DNA of 64,000 nt, from NCBI GenBank assembly GCA_910587725.1, contig CAJUNG010000001.1, forward strand, positions 1,698-65,697, in the 5' to 3' direction. Under the pieces are notes generated by a model that searched no databases, had not been told where the DNA came from, and saw nothing but the letters and a program-made list of their open reading frames with translations. The stretch is from an uncultured Bacilli bacterium. Lineage in GTDB: Bacteria; Bacillota_I; Bacilli_A; RF39; UBA660. This document shows positions 19,897 to 28,891 of the stretch, in pieces. Every line of letters starts with the position of its first letter. Positions within the stretch are counted from its first letter, which is position 1. Both the position numbers and the translations under genes were made by a program.

Positions 19897-20131
19897 GTGG
19901 TTGTTGAACATCCTTCTCGATGTCAATAATCTTTTGTTTGTAAATAAAATTGACTCTACCTCTAAGCTCAATGAATAATAAGATAAGAGATGGGGAGCTA
20001 ATTTTATAGATTTAAATATCTTGGATACAAATTATCTAAAATCAAATGCGCATCATAACTAATGAATATTTCTCTCATTAGTTTACATCTTTAAATATGC
20101 CTGATATAATTATCACAAGGAGGAAAAAATT

Positions 20132-20329
20132 ATGAGTGATAAAAAAGATAAAATTTTAGATTCAACGTTAATCCCTAGAGAGGAAACATTGATTAATCCA
20201 ACGCAAGCATTTGAGGAGAAAACATTTATACCTTCGATGCCAAATCTTAATCTATTTGAAGAACTTCCTGATGGTTATCAAATAAATGAATTTGGCGAAA
20301 TTGTTAGAGAAAAAGGTAAATCAAGATAA
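20132..20329 (+). CDS. 65-aa acidic small protein (hypothetical)
   Basis: Strong RBS AAGGAGG and an extended -10 (TGATATAAT) at 20099-20107. No TM segment or leader motif. Confidence 0.45.
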   Translation: MSDKKDKILDSTLIPREETLINPTQAFEEKTFIPSMPNLNLFEELPDGYQINEFGEIVREKGKSR

Positions 20330-20680
20330 TAAATTTAAAAATCGCTAAATTCTAAAATCGTTTTGGATTTATGTCAAGTAACCCTTTTAGTAGTCTAAAT
20401 TTTAAGATATTGCTAGGTTGGTAACATAGTTGTTAGATTTTTGATTAGATGTAATGTGCCTTAATATACGATGAATACGTATGTGCCATATTAACTCTCG
20501 ATAATTCAATACGAATCAATTTATCTAACTAAATGTATCTAAAAACTTGGGATAAGTCCACTGAAAATATCTTCGTTCATATAGAACGTAAATGATTTCA
20601 AAATTAAGAGATAATTTCTGTCAAAGGTGCATAATAATCACTTTAAGAGGCGAGCATACAAAAGAGGGGATATACACAAT

Positions 20681-22417
20681 ATGAAGAATAAGAAATATGG
20701 TTTTTTTAATGCATTTAAAGATTTGTTTATGTATGCAAAAGAAAACAGAAAGATGTACATCATAGGATTATTATTTATGGTTATCTTCGTTATCACATCA
20801 ATGCTTTATACGACTAGTTATTCGAACTTAATTGCTAACATCATGAGTTTAAATTTAGATAAAGCATTAAAACTTGCTCTAGTTTGTGGCGTTTTACGTT
20901 TGTTTTCGATTACCTTTTGCCATAATCAATATAGGAAAATAGTAATTCGTTCAGGAGAACAAATATCAGCTACGATTCAAAAAAAAATATATTCAAAGGT
21001 TTTATCTTTATCCATGAGTTCTTTTGAAAATATGAAATCGGGGAAAATCTTCACGACAATAAGAGCAGCCGATAGTGGAATGATGAGTACAATCAGTTCT
21101 TTACTTCAAGAAAGTGCGTATTGTTGTACTTCGATAGTTATGCTTATAGTCATATTCTTTATTGACTATAAGATAGGCTTAGCAGTAACGACGATATCTA
21201 TAATGAGTTTATATTTGTTTAAATTACAGTTAAATAAATCAAAAAAATATCTACATGATGAGTTTGAGCACTCTGATAACTATTCAACACTTATTAATGA
21301 AACGACAAAAGGAATTAGAGAAATTAAGGCTTTAAACTTAAAAGAAATATGCTATGATTTATTTAAGAATGATATAGACAGTTTAAAAGACACGCGAATA
21401 ACACGAAGATTGTTAGGAAAAAATGTGAATACGGCAAAATGGACCATTAGAATTATTGGAGATACTCTAATTATTCTCTATATCATTAATCAGTTAAAAT
21501 GGTCATTAATTTCAGTAGAAACAGCAATGTTACTTATCACATATATGAATAACGTAGTAGATGATGTTTTTCATAGAATAATAGAACATGATTTTGGAAT
21601 TTCTGAATTTACTGCTAATATGGAAAGAATTAAGTCCTTGTTAGAGGATGACAAATTAGAAAAAGAAAAATTTGGCGATACAGAATACAAAGATATTGTA
21701 GGAAATATTGAATTGAAGAATGTAATCTTTTCATATAATAATAGTAATGAAAATCTTCTGAACAAAGTTTCATTTAGAATTGAGAATAAAAAGAAAAATG
21801 CTATAATTGGGATGTCCGGATGTGGGAAGACCACCATTTTTAAACTGCTATTAAGGCAATATGATAACTATCGAGGAGATATATTAATTGACAACCATAA
21901 TGTTAAAGATTTTACAGAAAACAGTTTAAGAAATACAATAACGATTGTTAATCAAGAACCGATGTTATTCAATATGAGCATAAAAGACAATCTTTTGATG
22001 GTCAAAGAAAATGCGACAGATGACGAAATAAAAAAAGCTTGTAAACTTGCCAATATAGATAGCTTTATAGAAAAATTACCAAACAAATATGATGAAATAA
22101 TAGAAGAGAATACGACGAATTTATCCGTCGGTCAAAAACAAAGAATTGCGATTGCAAGAGCAATACTAAAAAATACACCAATTATATTGTTTGATGAGGT
22201 AACTAGTGCCTTAGATGGTAATAGTAAAAAAGCCATCGAAAAAACAATTAATGAACTATCTAAAGAGAAAACCGTTGTGGTTATCGTGCATACATTAGAT
22301 AGTATTGAAGGTTATGATAATATAATTGTTTTAAAAGAAGGCAAAGTATCCGAATGTGGAAATCATGAGCAATTGATTAAACAGAAAGGATTATATTATC
22401 GGATGATTAACCTTTAG
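20681..22417 (+). CDS. ABC transporter, fused permease/ATP-binding protein (exporter type)
   Basis: Six-TM N-terminal half. Walker A GMSGCGKTT, signature LSVGQKQRIAIARA and Walker B ILFDEVTSALD. ATG at 20681 with a GAGGGG RBS. Confidence 0.85.
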   Translation: MKNKKYGFFNAFKDLFMYAKENRKMYIIGLLFMVIFVITSMLYTTSYSNLIANIMSLNLDKALKLALVCGVLRLFSITFCHNQYRKIVIRSGEQISATIQKKIYSKVLSLSMSSFENMKSGKIFTTIRAADSGMMSTISSLLQESAYCCTSIVMLIVIFFIDYKIGLAVTTISIMSLYLFKLQLNKSKKYLHDEFEHSDNYSTLINETTKGIREIKALNLKEICYDLFKNDIDSLKDTRITRRLLGKNVNTAKWTIRIIGDTLIILYIINQLKWSLISVETAMLLITYMNNVVDDVFHRIIEHDFGISEFTANMERIKSLLEDDKLEKEKFGDTEYKDIVGNIELKNVIFSYNNSNENLLNKVSFRIENKKKNAIIGMSGCGKTTIFKLLLRQYDNYRGDILIDNHNVKDFTENSLRNTITIVNQEPMLFNMSIKDNLLMVKENATDDEIKKACKLANIDSFIEKLPNKYDEIIEENTTNLSVGQKQRIAIARAILKNTPIILFDEVTSALDGNSKKAIEKTINELSKEKTVVVIVHTLDSIEGYDNIIVLKEGKVSECGNHEQLIKQKGLYYRMINL

Positions 22418-22675
22418 AACCTTTATTTTAAAGATAAAAAATTGTGAAAGTAAAAGATGATAGGCGTATGAAAGTATATTTTGTATAATGAAGTTGGCAA
22501 TGAAGAAAGTTCGAATAAGAGCTTAGTAACGTTTAATTTAAGAATAACTTTCCTTATAGATGGTCCCTTATGTATGTTTTACATGCTATCAAAAACTTAA
22601 AAAAAGGTGTATAATTAAAGTATCAAGGCTATGAACAAATAGTGATTGATAGATTGGATTGGAGATATAGAAGTG

Positions 22676-23293
22676 ATGAAGAAAGTATTGGTGTATGGAG
22701 ATTCTAATACCTGGGGCGATAATTTTATAACCGGTAAAAGAATTGCTGATGAAAAACAATGGATTAATATTCTAAGAAAAAAATATAACAAAGAATATGC
22801 GTTTTTACAAGAAGGTTTACCTGGCCGTTTAGCTGGAAACGAAGAAGTCGTGAAACAATATAAAAATGGCCGGGATACCTTTATCTCGACATTTAGGACT
22901 AATGCCCCAGTTGATATAGTCATGATTTCTTTGGGAACTAATGATTTACAACTGAAATATAATAAAACAAGTGAAAAAATAATTGATGATTTATTATGGT
23001 ATAAAGAGAAGTTAGAAGAAGCTTTTAATGATGAAGAGGACCGAAAAAAATATTTTAATGATAAAATGCCAAGGATAATATATATCTTACCAATTAATTT
23101 TGACTACCAAGTAAATGCGAGTGAAATCTTTAACCATGAGTGTGAAAGAAAAAGGCAAGAAATAATTAAATATTTTAAAAATAAAAATATGAACATAATC
23201 ATAGCTAATGATATAGACTTATTTGAAGATGGTATCCATTTAAGCCACCAGGGACATGAAGCCATGGCTAAATTGGTAGAAAAGGAATTATAG
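22676..23293 (+). CDS. SGNH/GDSL-family hydrolase (esterase/lipase-like)
   Basis: Block I VLVYGDSNTWG, block III GTND and a C-terminal DGIHLSHQGH (the DxxH catalytic pair). Confidence 0.75.
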   Translation: MKKVLVYGDSNTWGDNFITGKRIADEKQWINILRKKYNKEYAFLQEGLPGRLAGNEEVVKQYKNGRDTFISTFRTNAPVDIVMISLGTNDLQLKYNKTSEKIIDDLLWYKEKLEEAFNDEEDRKKYFNDKMPRIIYILPINFDYQVNASEIFNHECERKRQEIIKYFKNKNMNIIIANDIDLFEDGIHLSHQGHEAMAKLVEKEL

Positions 23294-24102
23294 TGGTGAA
23301 TAAATTAGAAGAATTGAAAAAACTTAGAAATCAAGTGAATTTGATTGTTAAAAATATTGATAATTATCCTAGAAATGAAATTAATGTTTTAGTTTCAAAT
23401 CATAACTGTTTAATGGATATTTTTTACTTACCAATGTCTTTACCAGAAGAAATAGTAAGTTTAGTAAGTGCGCGTTTAGTGTATAAAAATGAGAATAATC
23501 GAAAAGCTATCATCAATAAATATTTATATGCTATGCCTATTGAAGCCCATGGTGGTAGTAAGTATGCTAATATATGTTTAGAGCAAGCAACAAAATTTTT
23601 AGAAAATGGTAAAAGTGTTAATATATTTCCTGAAGGTGCTTATGTTGATGACAAGAAAGTTTTTAGAGGACGTACTGGTGCTAGTAGGATAATTTATAAT
23701 GCTAGAGCTAATGGTATACATGTTAATTTAGTGCCGGTTAGTATTGATGTTTCAAGAAGTGAAGATTTAGATAATTACAGTAAAGTTGGGGATGATGTAG
23801 AAATAAACATTTTGCCACTTATTGACTATGAGGATGCATACTATAATTATAAACATTCCCAAATAAAAGAAGAAATGAATATGTTTTTACATCAACCTAT
23901 TGATGTTGCTATGCAATGCATTGCAAATAGTCTAGGAATATCTTATGATAAAAATTATATAGAATTACGAGCCAAAGGAAATGTAATGTTTGCAGATGGC
24001 TCTGTGATTGATGTCAATACTGCTCAAAATAATGAGTTTATTACTAGGTATAAAAAAGAATTAAATGATAGAACTTTAAGGTTATTAAAGAGTATAAGAT
24101 AA
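23293..24102 (+). CDS. PlsC-family acyltransferase (1-acyl-sn-glycerol-3-phosphate acyltransferase-like)
   Basis: HX4D motif NHNCLMD, FPEGAY (motif III) and RGRTGASR. GTG start overlapping the stop of the GDSL gene. Confidence 0.7.
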   Translation: MVNKLEELKKLRNQVNLIVKNIDNYPRNEINVLVSNHNCLMDIFYLPMSLPEEIVSLVSARLVYKNENNRKAIINKYLYAMPIEAHGGSKYANICLEQATKFLENGKSVNIFPEGAYVDDKKVFRGRTGASRIIYNARANGIHVNLVPVSIDVSRSEDLDNYSKVGDDVEINILPLIDYEDAYYNYKHSQIKEEMNMFLHQPIDVAMQCIANSLGISYDKNYIELRAKGNVMFADGSVIDVNTAQNNEFITRYKKELNDRTLRLLKSIR

Positions 24103-24324
24103 ACAAAAAATATAGATATCCCAAATACCGATGAATCTAAAAAGACTATCAATAAACATTTCTAATTGAACCAATATCGGAAAACTTGTTAGAACAAAAT
24201 TTTTAAGCCGCTAACGCAAGAAAAAAAGAATTGTGGATATTACTAATATCTATACGATGGAAATAAAATTACCTATTGATAGGAATGAACTATTGAATTT
24301 GCTAGATAGAGTTATGGGAGTTCT

Positions 24325-24522
24325 ATGCCAGAAGAATTGACAATAGATTCATTTTATAAAGTGATGATGAATTGTGTATTAGAAAAGAATGAAATGCTCC
24401 ATTTAGAAAGTAAAGCTCAGTATACATCAGATAAATATGAACGACGATTATCTACACTTTCAAACAAGTATTTGGATAGTAAGAAAAAATACTCATTGGA
24501 TAACGCCAGTATGGGAGGTTAA
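24325..24522 (+). CDS. hypothetical small protein
   Basis: A 65-aa ORF with a GGGAG RBS, 1 nt upstream of the next ORF. Confidence 0.4.
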   Translation: MPEELTIDSFYKVMMNCVLEKNEMLHLESKAQYTSDKYERRLSTLSNKYLDSKKKYSLDNASMGG

Positions 24523-24523
24523 T

Positions 24524-24889
24524 ATGAAGAAACAAACATTAGATAGGTACAAAAAAATTGAAGAAGAAGTAAAAAAAGCGACAGCGGATATGGAAGTTAC
24601 CAAAGAAGATGGTCCTTCTTTAGAAAGTATCATTGATAAAATCGTTGAAAGACCAGATGAATTTTATACCAAATTAGCTTATGAATTATCTGTCGAAGAG
24701 AGGGAAACTTTGAAAAGATTAATAGAAAATAGAAGTTGCTATAATTGCACTAATGAAAGTTGCCGTATTGAACATTATGAAAAAATTGGACTAGATGAAT
24801 TGGGAAGACCAAACGGAAGTAACTGTTTAGGTTGGAATAATTCTGAATTAGTTGGAAGACAAAAAATAAAAACAAATGATGTCAAATAA
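24524..24889 (+). CDS. hypothetical protein with C-terminal Cys cluster (CYNCTNESC...C)
   Basis: ATG at 24524 preceded by a GGGAGG RBS. The track's 24437 start lacks an RBS. Confidence 0.5.
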   Translation: MKKQTLDRYKKIEEEVKKATADMEVTKEDGPSLESIIDKIVERPDEFYTKLAYELSVEERETLKRLIENRSCYNCTNESCRIEHYEKIGLDELGRPNGSNCLGWNNSELVGRQKIKTNDVK

Positions 24890-25244
24890 GAAGATTATTC
24901 TATAGTTTGATAAAAAACTCGAGCTTTTAATTTCTGTAAGGTCGAGTTTTAACTTGATTGGGTCTAAATTGGAAATAAAGATGAAATGATTTTATACCAT
25001 TTAAATATTTACATCATGACAAAAGTATTATTATTTGATATATCATAGAGAAGATGATGAAGAAGTACAAACTAACTTTAAATGAAATGGATTCTAGTTA
25101 CTTCCATTTTACACGGAAAGGCAATTTATTTAAAATGAATTGCTCCCTAAGAAAGAAAATCAGTTTGATATATAGAAGAAACAAAAAAAGAGGTTTTAGT
25201 TGGTTTTTGTTTTATGGTATAATTCTTTATAAAGGTGATGTTCG

Positions 25245-25913
25245 ATGAAAAACTATGAAGAAATTTTAAATAATAAGAATTATTTAGCTATTGTTAAGAA
25301 AATTGAAAACACTAAATTTATTACTGACGGAAAGTGGGATTGGGAACACGGATTAGGTCATTATAAAAGGGTTGCTAACTATGTAAAAAGCATTTTATCC
25401 CAATTAGGTGCAGATGATAGAACAATTGAGATAGGAATGATTGCTGCATTACTTCATGATATCGGATTATCTAAAGGAGATAAAATTGATCATGGTTTGG
25501 TAAGTAGTGAGATTTTTAAAAATTATATTAATGAAAAAGATTTCTCTGAAGCTGAATTAATTACATTAGAACAAGCGATTAGAGACCATTCTAAAGGGAA
25601 CAATATTGAGTCTTTAGTTGGTTTAGCATTAGTATTAGGTGATAAATTAGATGTAACCTACCATAGAACAATAAATTCTAGTATTCAAGATAAAACCAAT
25701 AAAGAATTTCAAAAAATTAAAAGCGTTGATATTGAAATTAATGAAACAGACTTGGTTGTTAAGTATTTGACCGATAATCATTTTGACAAAAGTGTCCTTA
25801 AAAATTGGAATAAGACAGTACTAATTCCTATGAAAATAGCCAAATACTTGAATAAAGAGTACAAATTTATGATAAATAATCAATTCGTTGATTGGAAAGA
25901 ATTTATAGATTAA
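25245..25913 (+). CDS. HD-domain phosphohydrolase
   Basis: H...HD signature: GHYKRVANYV ... AALLHDIGL ... IRDHSKG. Confidence 0.75.
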   Translation: MKNYEEILNNKNYLAIVKKIENTKFITDGKWDWEHGLGHYKRVANYVKSILSQLGADDRTIEIGMIAALLHDIGLSKGDKIDHGLVSSEIFKNYINEKDFSEAELITLEQAIRDHSKGNNIESLVGLALVLGDKLDVTYHRTINSSIQDKTNKEFQKIKSVDIEINETDLVVKYLTDNHFDKSVLKNWNKTVLIPMKIAKYLNKEYKFMINNQFVDWKEFID

Positions 25914-26168
25914 AACCTTGTTATAAATAGGTGATAAACTGATGAATGAGAGATTTTATCAGATAAAATAATATACTTAATTAGGATATAGATAAGCTAG
26001 TATCTTGAATTTATAGAAATCAACGTCTAAACAACTAAGCTGTAAACATAATCAGGAGAAATTTCTAAATTTTGTAGATATTTTTTCTTATATTCTAAAA
26101 GCACATATCCATCTTGTTAATTTTAAATCTTAACGAATAATAATGTTTTTGAAAGAAGGAATACAACA

Positions 26169-26786
26169 ATGAAAAGAAAAGCCATCACGATTTCAGAAAA
26201 TGAAGAATTTTTACGACAAATTTCACAAAATGTAGAGTTTAAGGATAAGAATTTAACCAAAGAAATACAAATATTAGAAGAGTATTGTAAAGAAAATTCG
26301 GTTCTTGCTATGGCTGCGGTACAACTTGGAATTCCCAAAAGAATTATCTATGTAAAAAATACAGATTTAGAAAAAATCAATAACGCCAGTAAAGAGGAAT
26401 TAAACAATGATAATGAAGCTAAAGTGCTTATTAATCCAGTAATGATGAAAAGGGAAGGATTAACATCTTATTGGGAATCTTGTGCTAGTTGTCTAGATTA
26501 TTTTGGCCTTGTCAAAAGACCATACAAAATCAAAATCGAGTATTATGATAGAAATTTCCAGAAAAAACAAGAAATTATAGAAGGCTTTCCGGCTACCGTT
26601 TTATCTCATGAAATGGACCACTTAGATGGTATTCTACACATCGATATTGCTGAGAAAATATTAATAAAAAAAGAAGAAGAACGAAGAATGTTTCGAAACC
26701 AAAAGGGAAATGGCTACATCATTTACCAAAGAACAGGAAAATATGAAGATTTGCTAATCGGCTTAGAAAAAGAGCTAAATCAATAG
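26169..26786 (+). CDS. def: peptide deformylase-like protein (divergent, extended C-terminus)
   Basis: Three Def motifs are present: motif 1 AMAAVQLGIPKRI, motif 2 ESCAS (an EGCLS variant) and motif 3 HEMDHLDG. At 205 aa it is longer than typical Def. Confidence 0.65.
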   Translation: MKRKAITISENEEFLRQISQNVEFKDKNLTKEIQILEEYCKENSVLAMAAVQLGIPKRIIYVKNTDLEKINNASKEELNNDNEAKVLINPVMMKREGLTSYWESCASCLDYFGLVKRPYKIKIEYYDRNFQKKQEIIEGFPATVLSHEMDHLDGILHIDIAEKILIKKEEERRMFRNQKGNGYIIYQRTGKYEDLLIGLEKELNQ

Positions 26787-26830
26787 AAAAGAATTCCCGA
26801 ATGAAGAAAAGGAATTCTTTTATTTATCCA

Positions 26831-27559
26831 TTAAGTTTCAAAGACCTTATAAATAATTTCTGGATATCCCGTCATAAAGGCCAGTTTTTGAAAAATTTCT
26901 TGTGATTCTGGCGTAGATTTTTCCCCTAAATAATGATTATAAAGATAAGAAATATAATAATCAGAGGCAATATAGATAATTACTTGCTTATGGTGGGCAA
27001 ACAGCTCTTTGATGATAAGGTCATTTTGGGCACCAGAAATTAGCACATAATAATCTACATCAATAAAATTAAAGTCTCCCGTATCGAGTACAAAACCAAT
27101 GCGTGAAGTAATAATTTCTTCCTTTAAAATCGTAATTAAATTTCTGCTCGTACTGTGGATATTCGTAACGACATTAGGATACAAACTAAGAACTCTTTTT
27201 AACTCTTCGATATAAGAATGCATAGCATTAGTTACATTTTGTATATTCTCATCACTAAGTACACCAGGATTAGAAGGAATTAGATTAATATATAAATCTT
27301 TCTTTACAGGAGTATTGCTTAAATTTTTTAAAATCTCTTCTAAGAGGACTATTTCATATCCTTGCAATTGTCCATAAGTATTCATATTAATCGTATTGAT
27401 TGTAGCAACTCCAGGTAAATTTGTATTAAATACCACAATTTTAAAATCCTTTGTATAGGTCACATTGAAACTAAGGGCATCAATATAATCCTTACTAAGT
27501 CCGTTATAAAAAAAGTCTCGGGTAGTTAAAGTGTTCGTTTTGACCGCTATAATTTTCAA
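26831..27559 (-). CDS. hypothetical protein
   Basis: A 242-aa ORF with no recognised motif. Confidence 0.45.
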   Translation of the reverse strand: MKIIAVKTNTLTTRDFFYNGLSKDYIDALSFNVTYTKDFKIVVFNTNLPGVATINTINMNTYGQLQGYEIVLLEEILKNLSNTPVKKDLYINLIPSNPGVLSDENIQNVTNAMHSYIEELKRVLSLYPNVVTNIHSTSRNLITILKEEIITSRIGFVLDTGDFNFIDVDYYVLISGAQNDLIIKELFAHHKQVIIYIASDYYISYLYNHYLGEKSTPESQEIFQKLAFMTGYPEIIYKVFET

Positions 27560-27694
27560 ATTCTATCACCATTACATTTTATTAGAAAACCATTCCGATT
27601 ATGTTTTAAATATAAAAAAATAAAAGAACAAAGTGACATCCTAGAAAAAATATGATAAACTAAAAAAAGATAAATAAGAAAGAAGGGAATTTAA

Positions 27695-28072
27695 ATGAGA
27701 AAATTAGTATTTAAACGTTGTCGTAAATGTAATACATTAATCCATGTAGTTAGAAATGAAGAGAATGATTCGATTATTTGTTGTGGAGAAGAAATGGAAG
27801 AGGTAGAGTCCAATATAGTGGATGCGGCCATTGAGAAACATCTTCCTACATACGAAAAAGAATCTGGAGATATTTATGTAACTGTTCATCATGTGATGGA
27901 AGAGAATCACTTTATCGAATGGATTTGTCTGGTAACCGAAGAAAAAGAGGAATTTATTTACTTTACGCCAAAACAGAAAGAAGCAAAGTGTAAGTTTATC
28001 GATTGCACGAAGGGAACCTTATATGCTTATTGCAATCAACATGGTCTATGGAAACAAGAAATTAGTGATTAA
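27695..28072 (+). CDS. dfx: desulfoferrodoxin (superoxide reductase, 2Fe type)
   Basis: N-terminal desulforedoxin CxxC...CC (CRKCNT...ICCGEEM). The neelaredoxin centre comprises EKHLP...H, HHVMEENHFIEW and CNQHGLW. Confidence 0.85.
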   Translation: MRKLVFKRCRKCNTLIHVVRNEENDSIICCGEEMEEVESNIVDAAIEKHLPTYEKESGDIYVTVHHVMEENHFIEWICLVTEEKEEFIYFTPKQKEAKCKFIDCTKGTLYAYCNQHGLWKQEISD

Positions 28073-28137
28073 TCACGATAAAATAGAAAAAAGAAGAATC
28101 TTTCCTCTTGTTAACTCTTGAGAAAAGTTCTTCTTTT

Positions 28138-28500
28138 TTAATCGGAAATTTTTTTTGCCCCAACAAGATTTGCATCACATAAAAAGCAAACCTTGGATTT
28201 CTTAGATACTATTGCTCCACAATGAGGACATTTTACATAACCGATTTCCTCTATCAAATCCCCATCCTCCTTTTCATGACTTTCATGGTCACGTTCCATT
28301 TTTTTATAACTCGCAATCTTCTCCTTAGTATAATAAGAATTATTTTGCTTTCTCATCCCAGGGTCATCATAATGAGATTGTACTTCACGATATTTAGAAG
28401 CTCGTTCAATATTTGTCTTCCTTTCTTCAGCTTTATCTTTTGCTTTTAAAATAATAATAATTATCGCAATAATAAATACTAAACTAACCAAAATAATCAA
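28138..28500 (-). CDS. hypothetical membrane protein with C-terminal zinc ribbon
   Basis: N-terminal TM and CPHCG...CFLCD at the C-terminus. Confidence 0.45.
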   Translation of the reverse strand: MIILVSLVFIIAIIIIILKAKDKAEERKTNIERASKYREVQSHYDDPGMRKQNNSYYTKEKIASYKKMERDHESHEKEDGDLIEEIGYVKCPHCGAIVSKKSKVCFLCDANLVGAKKISD

Positions 28501-28564
28501 CTCCTACTTTCATCATATCACGAATCCAAAAAAAATAAAACACAAAACTGTGTTCTATTTAATA

Positions 28565-28753
28565 TTATGCGGCGATGGCAAGTTTTTCGTCTTTTCTTAG
28601 TGTACGAATTTCTCTTGCGCTAAGTCTTACTTTAGTACCGTCTTCTAAACGAATAACTTGTAAATTAACACCTTGTTTTTTACGAGTTGCATTTAAAGCA
28701 TGACTTCTTTTATTTCCGAATAAAGGTTTTTTAGCACTTACTTTTACTGCCAT
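28565..28753 (-). CDS. rpmB: 50S ribosomal protein L28
   Basis: A 62-aa basic protein: MAVKVSAKKPLFGNKRSHALNATRKKQGVNLQ... Confidence 0.8.
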   Translation of the reverse strand: MAVKVSAKKPLFGNKRSHALNATRKKQGVNLQVIRLEDGTKVRLSAREIRTLRKDEKLAIAA

Positions 28754-28891
28754 AATATTGACCTCCTTTTTTATTAGGTATTTGTTCCTTGCCCATATAA
28801 TTTACCATAATTTTCTTAAGAAGTCAAACAATTTTTATAGAAAGTTCAAAAAAAATATGCTAAAATGAAAGAAGAAAAGGAGGAATGGAAA

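Noticed and set aside
20330-20680. 350-nt leader upstream of the ABC transporter gene examined for a riboswitch or attenuator
   Set aside because: It contains only short imperfect repeats (ATGTGCC x2). No recognisable riboswitch core or terminator/antiterminator pair could be identified by eye.
22615-22923. 102-aa minus-strand ORF
   Set aside because: It is antisense to the well-supported GDSL hydrolase gene and its promoter region.
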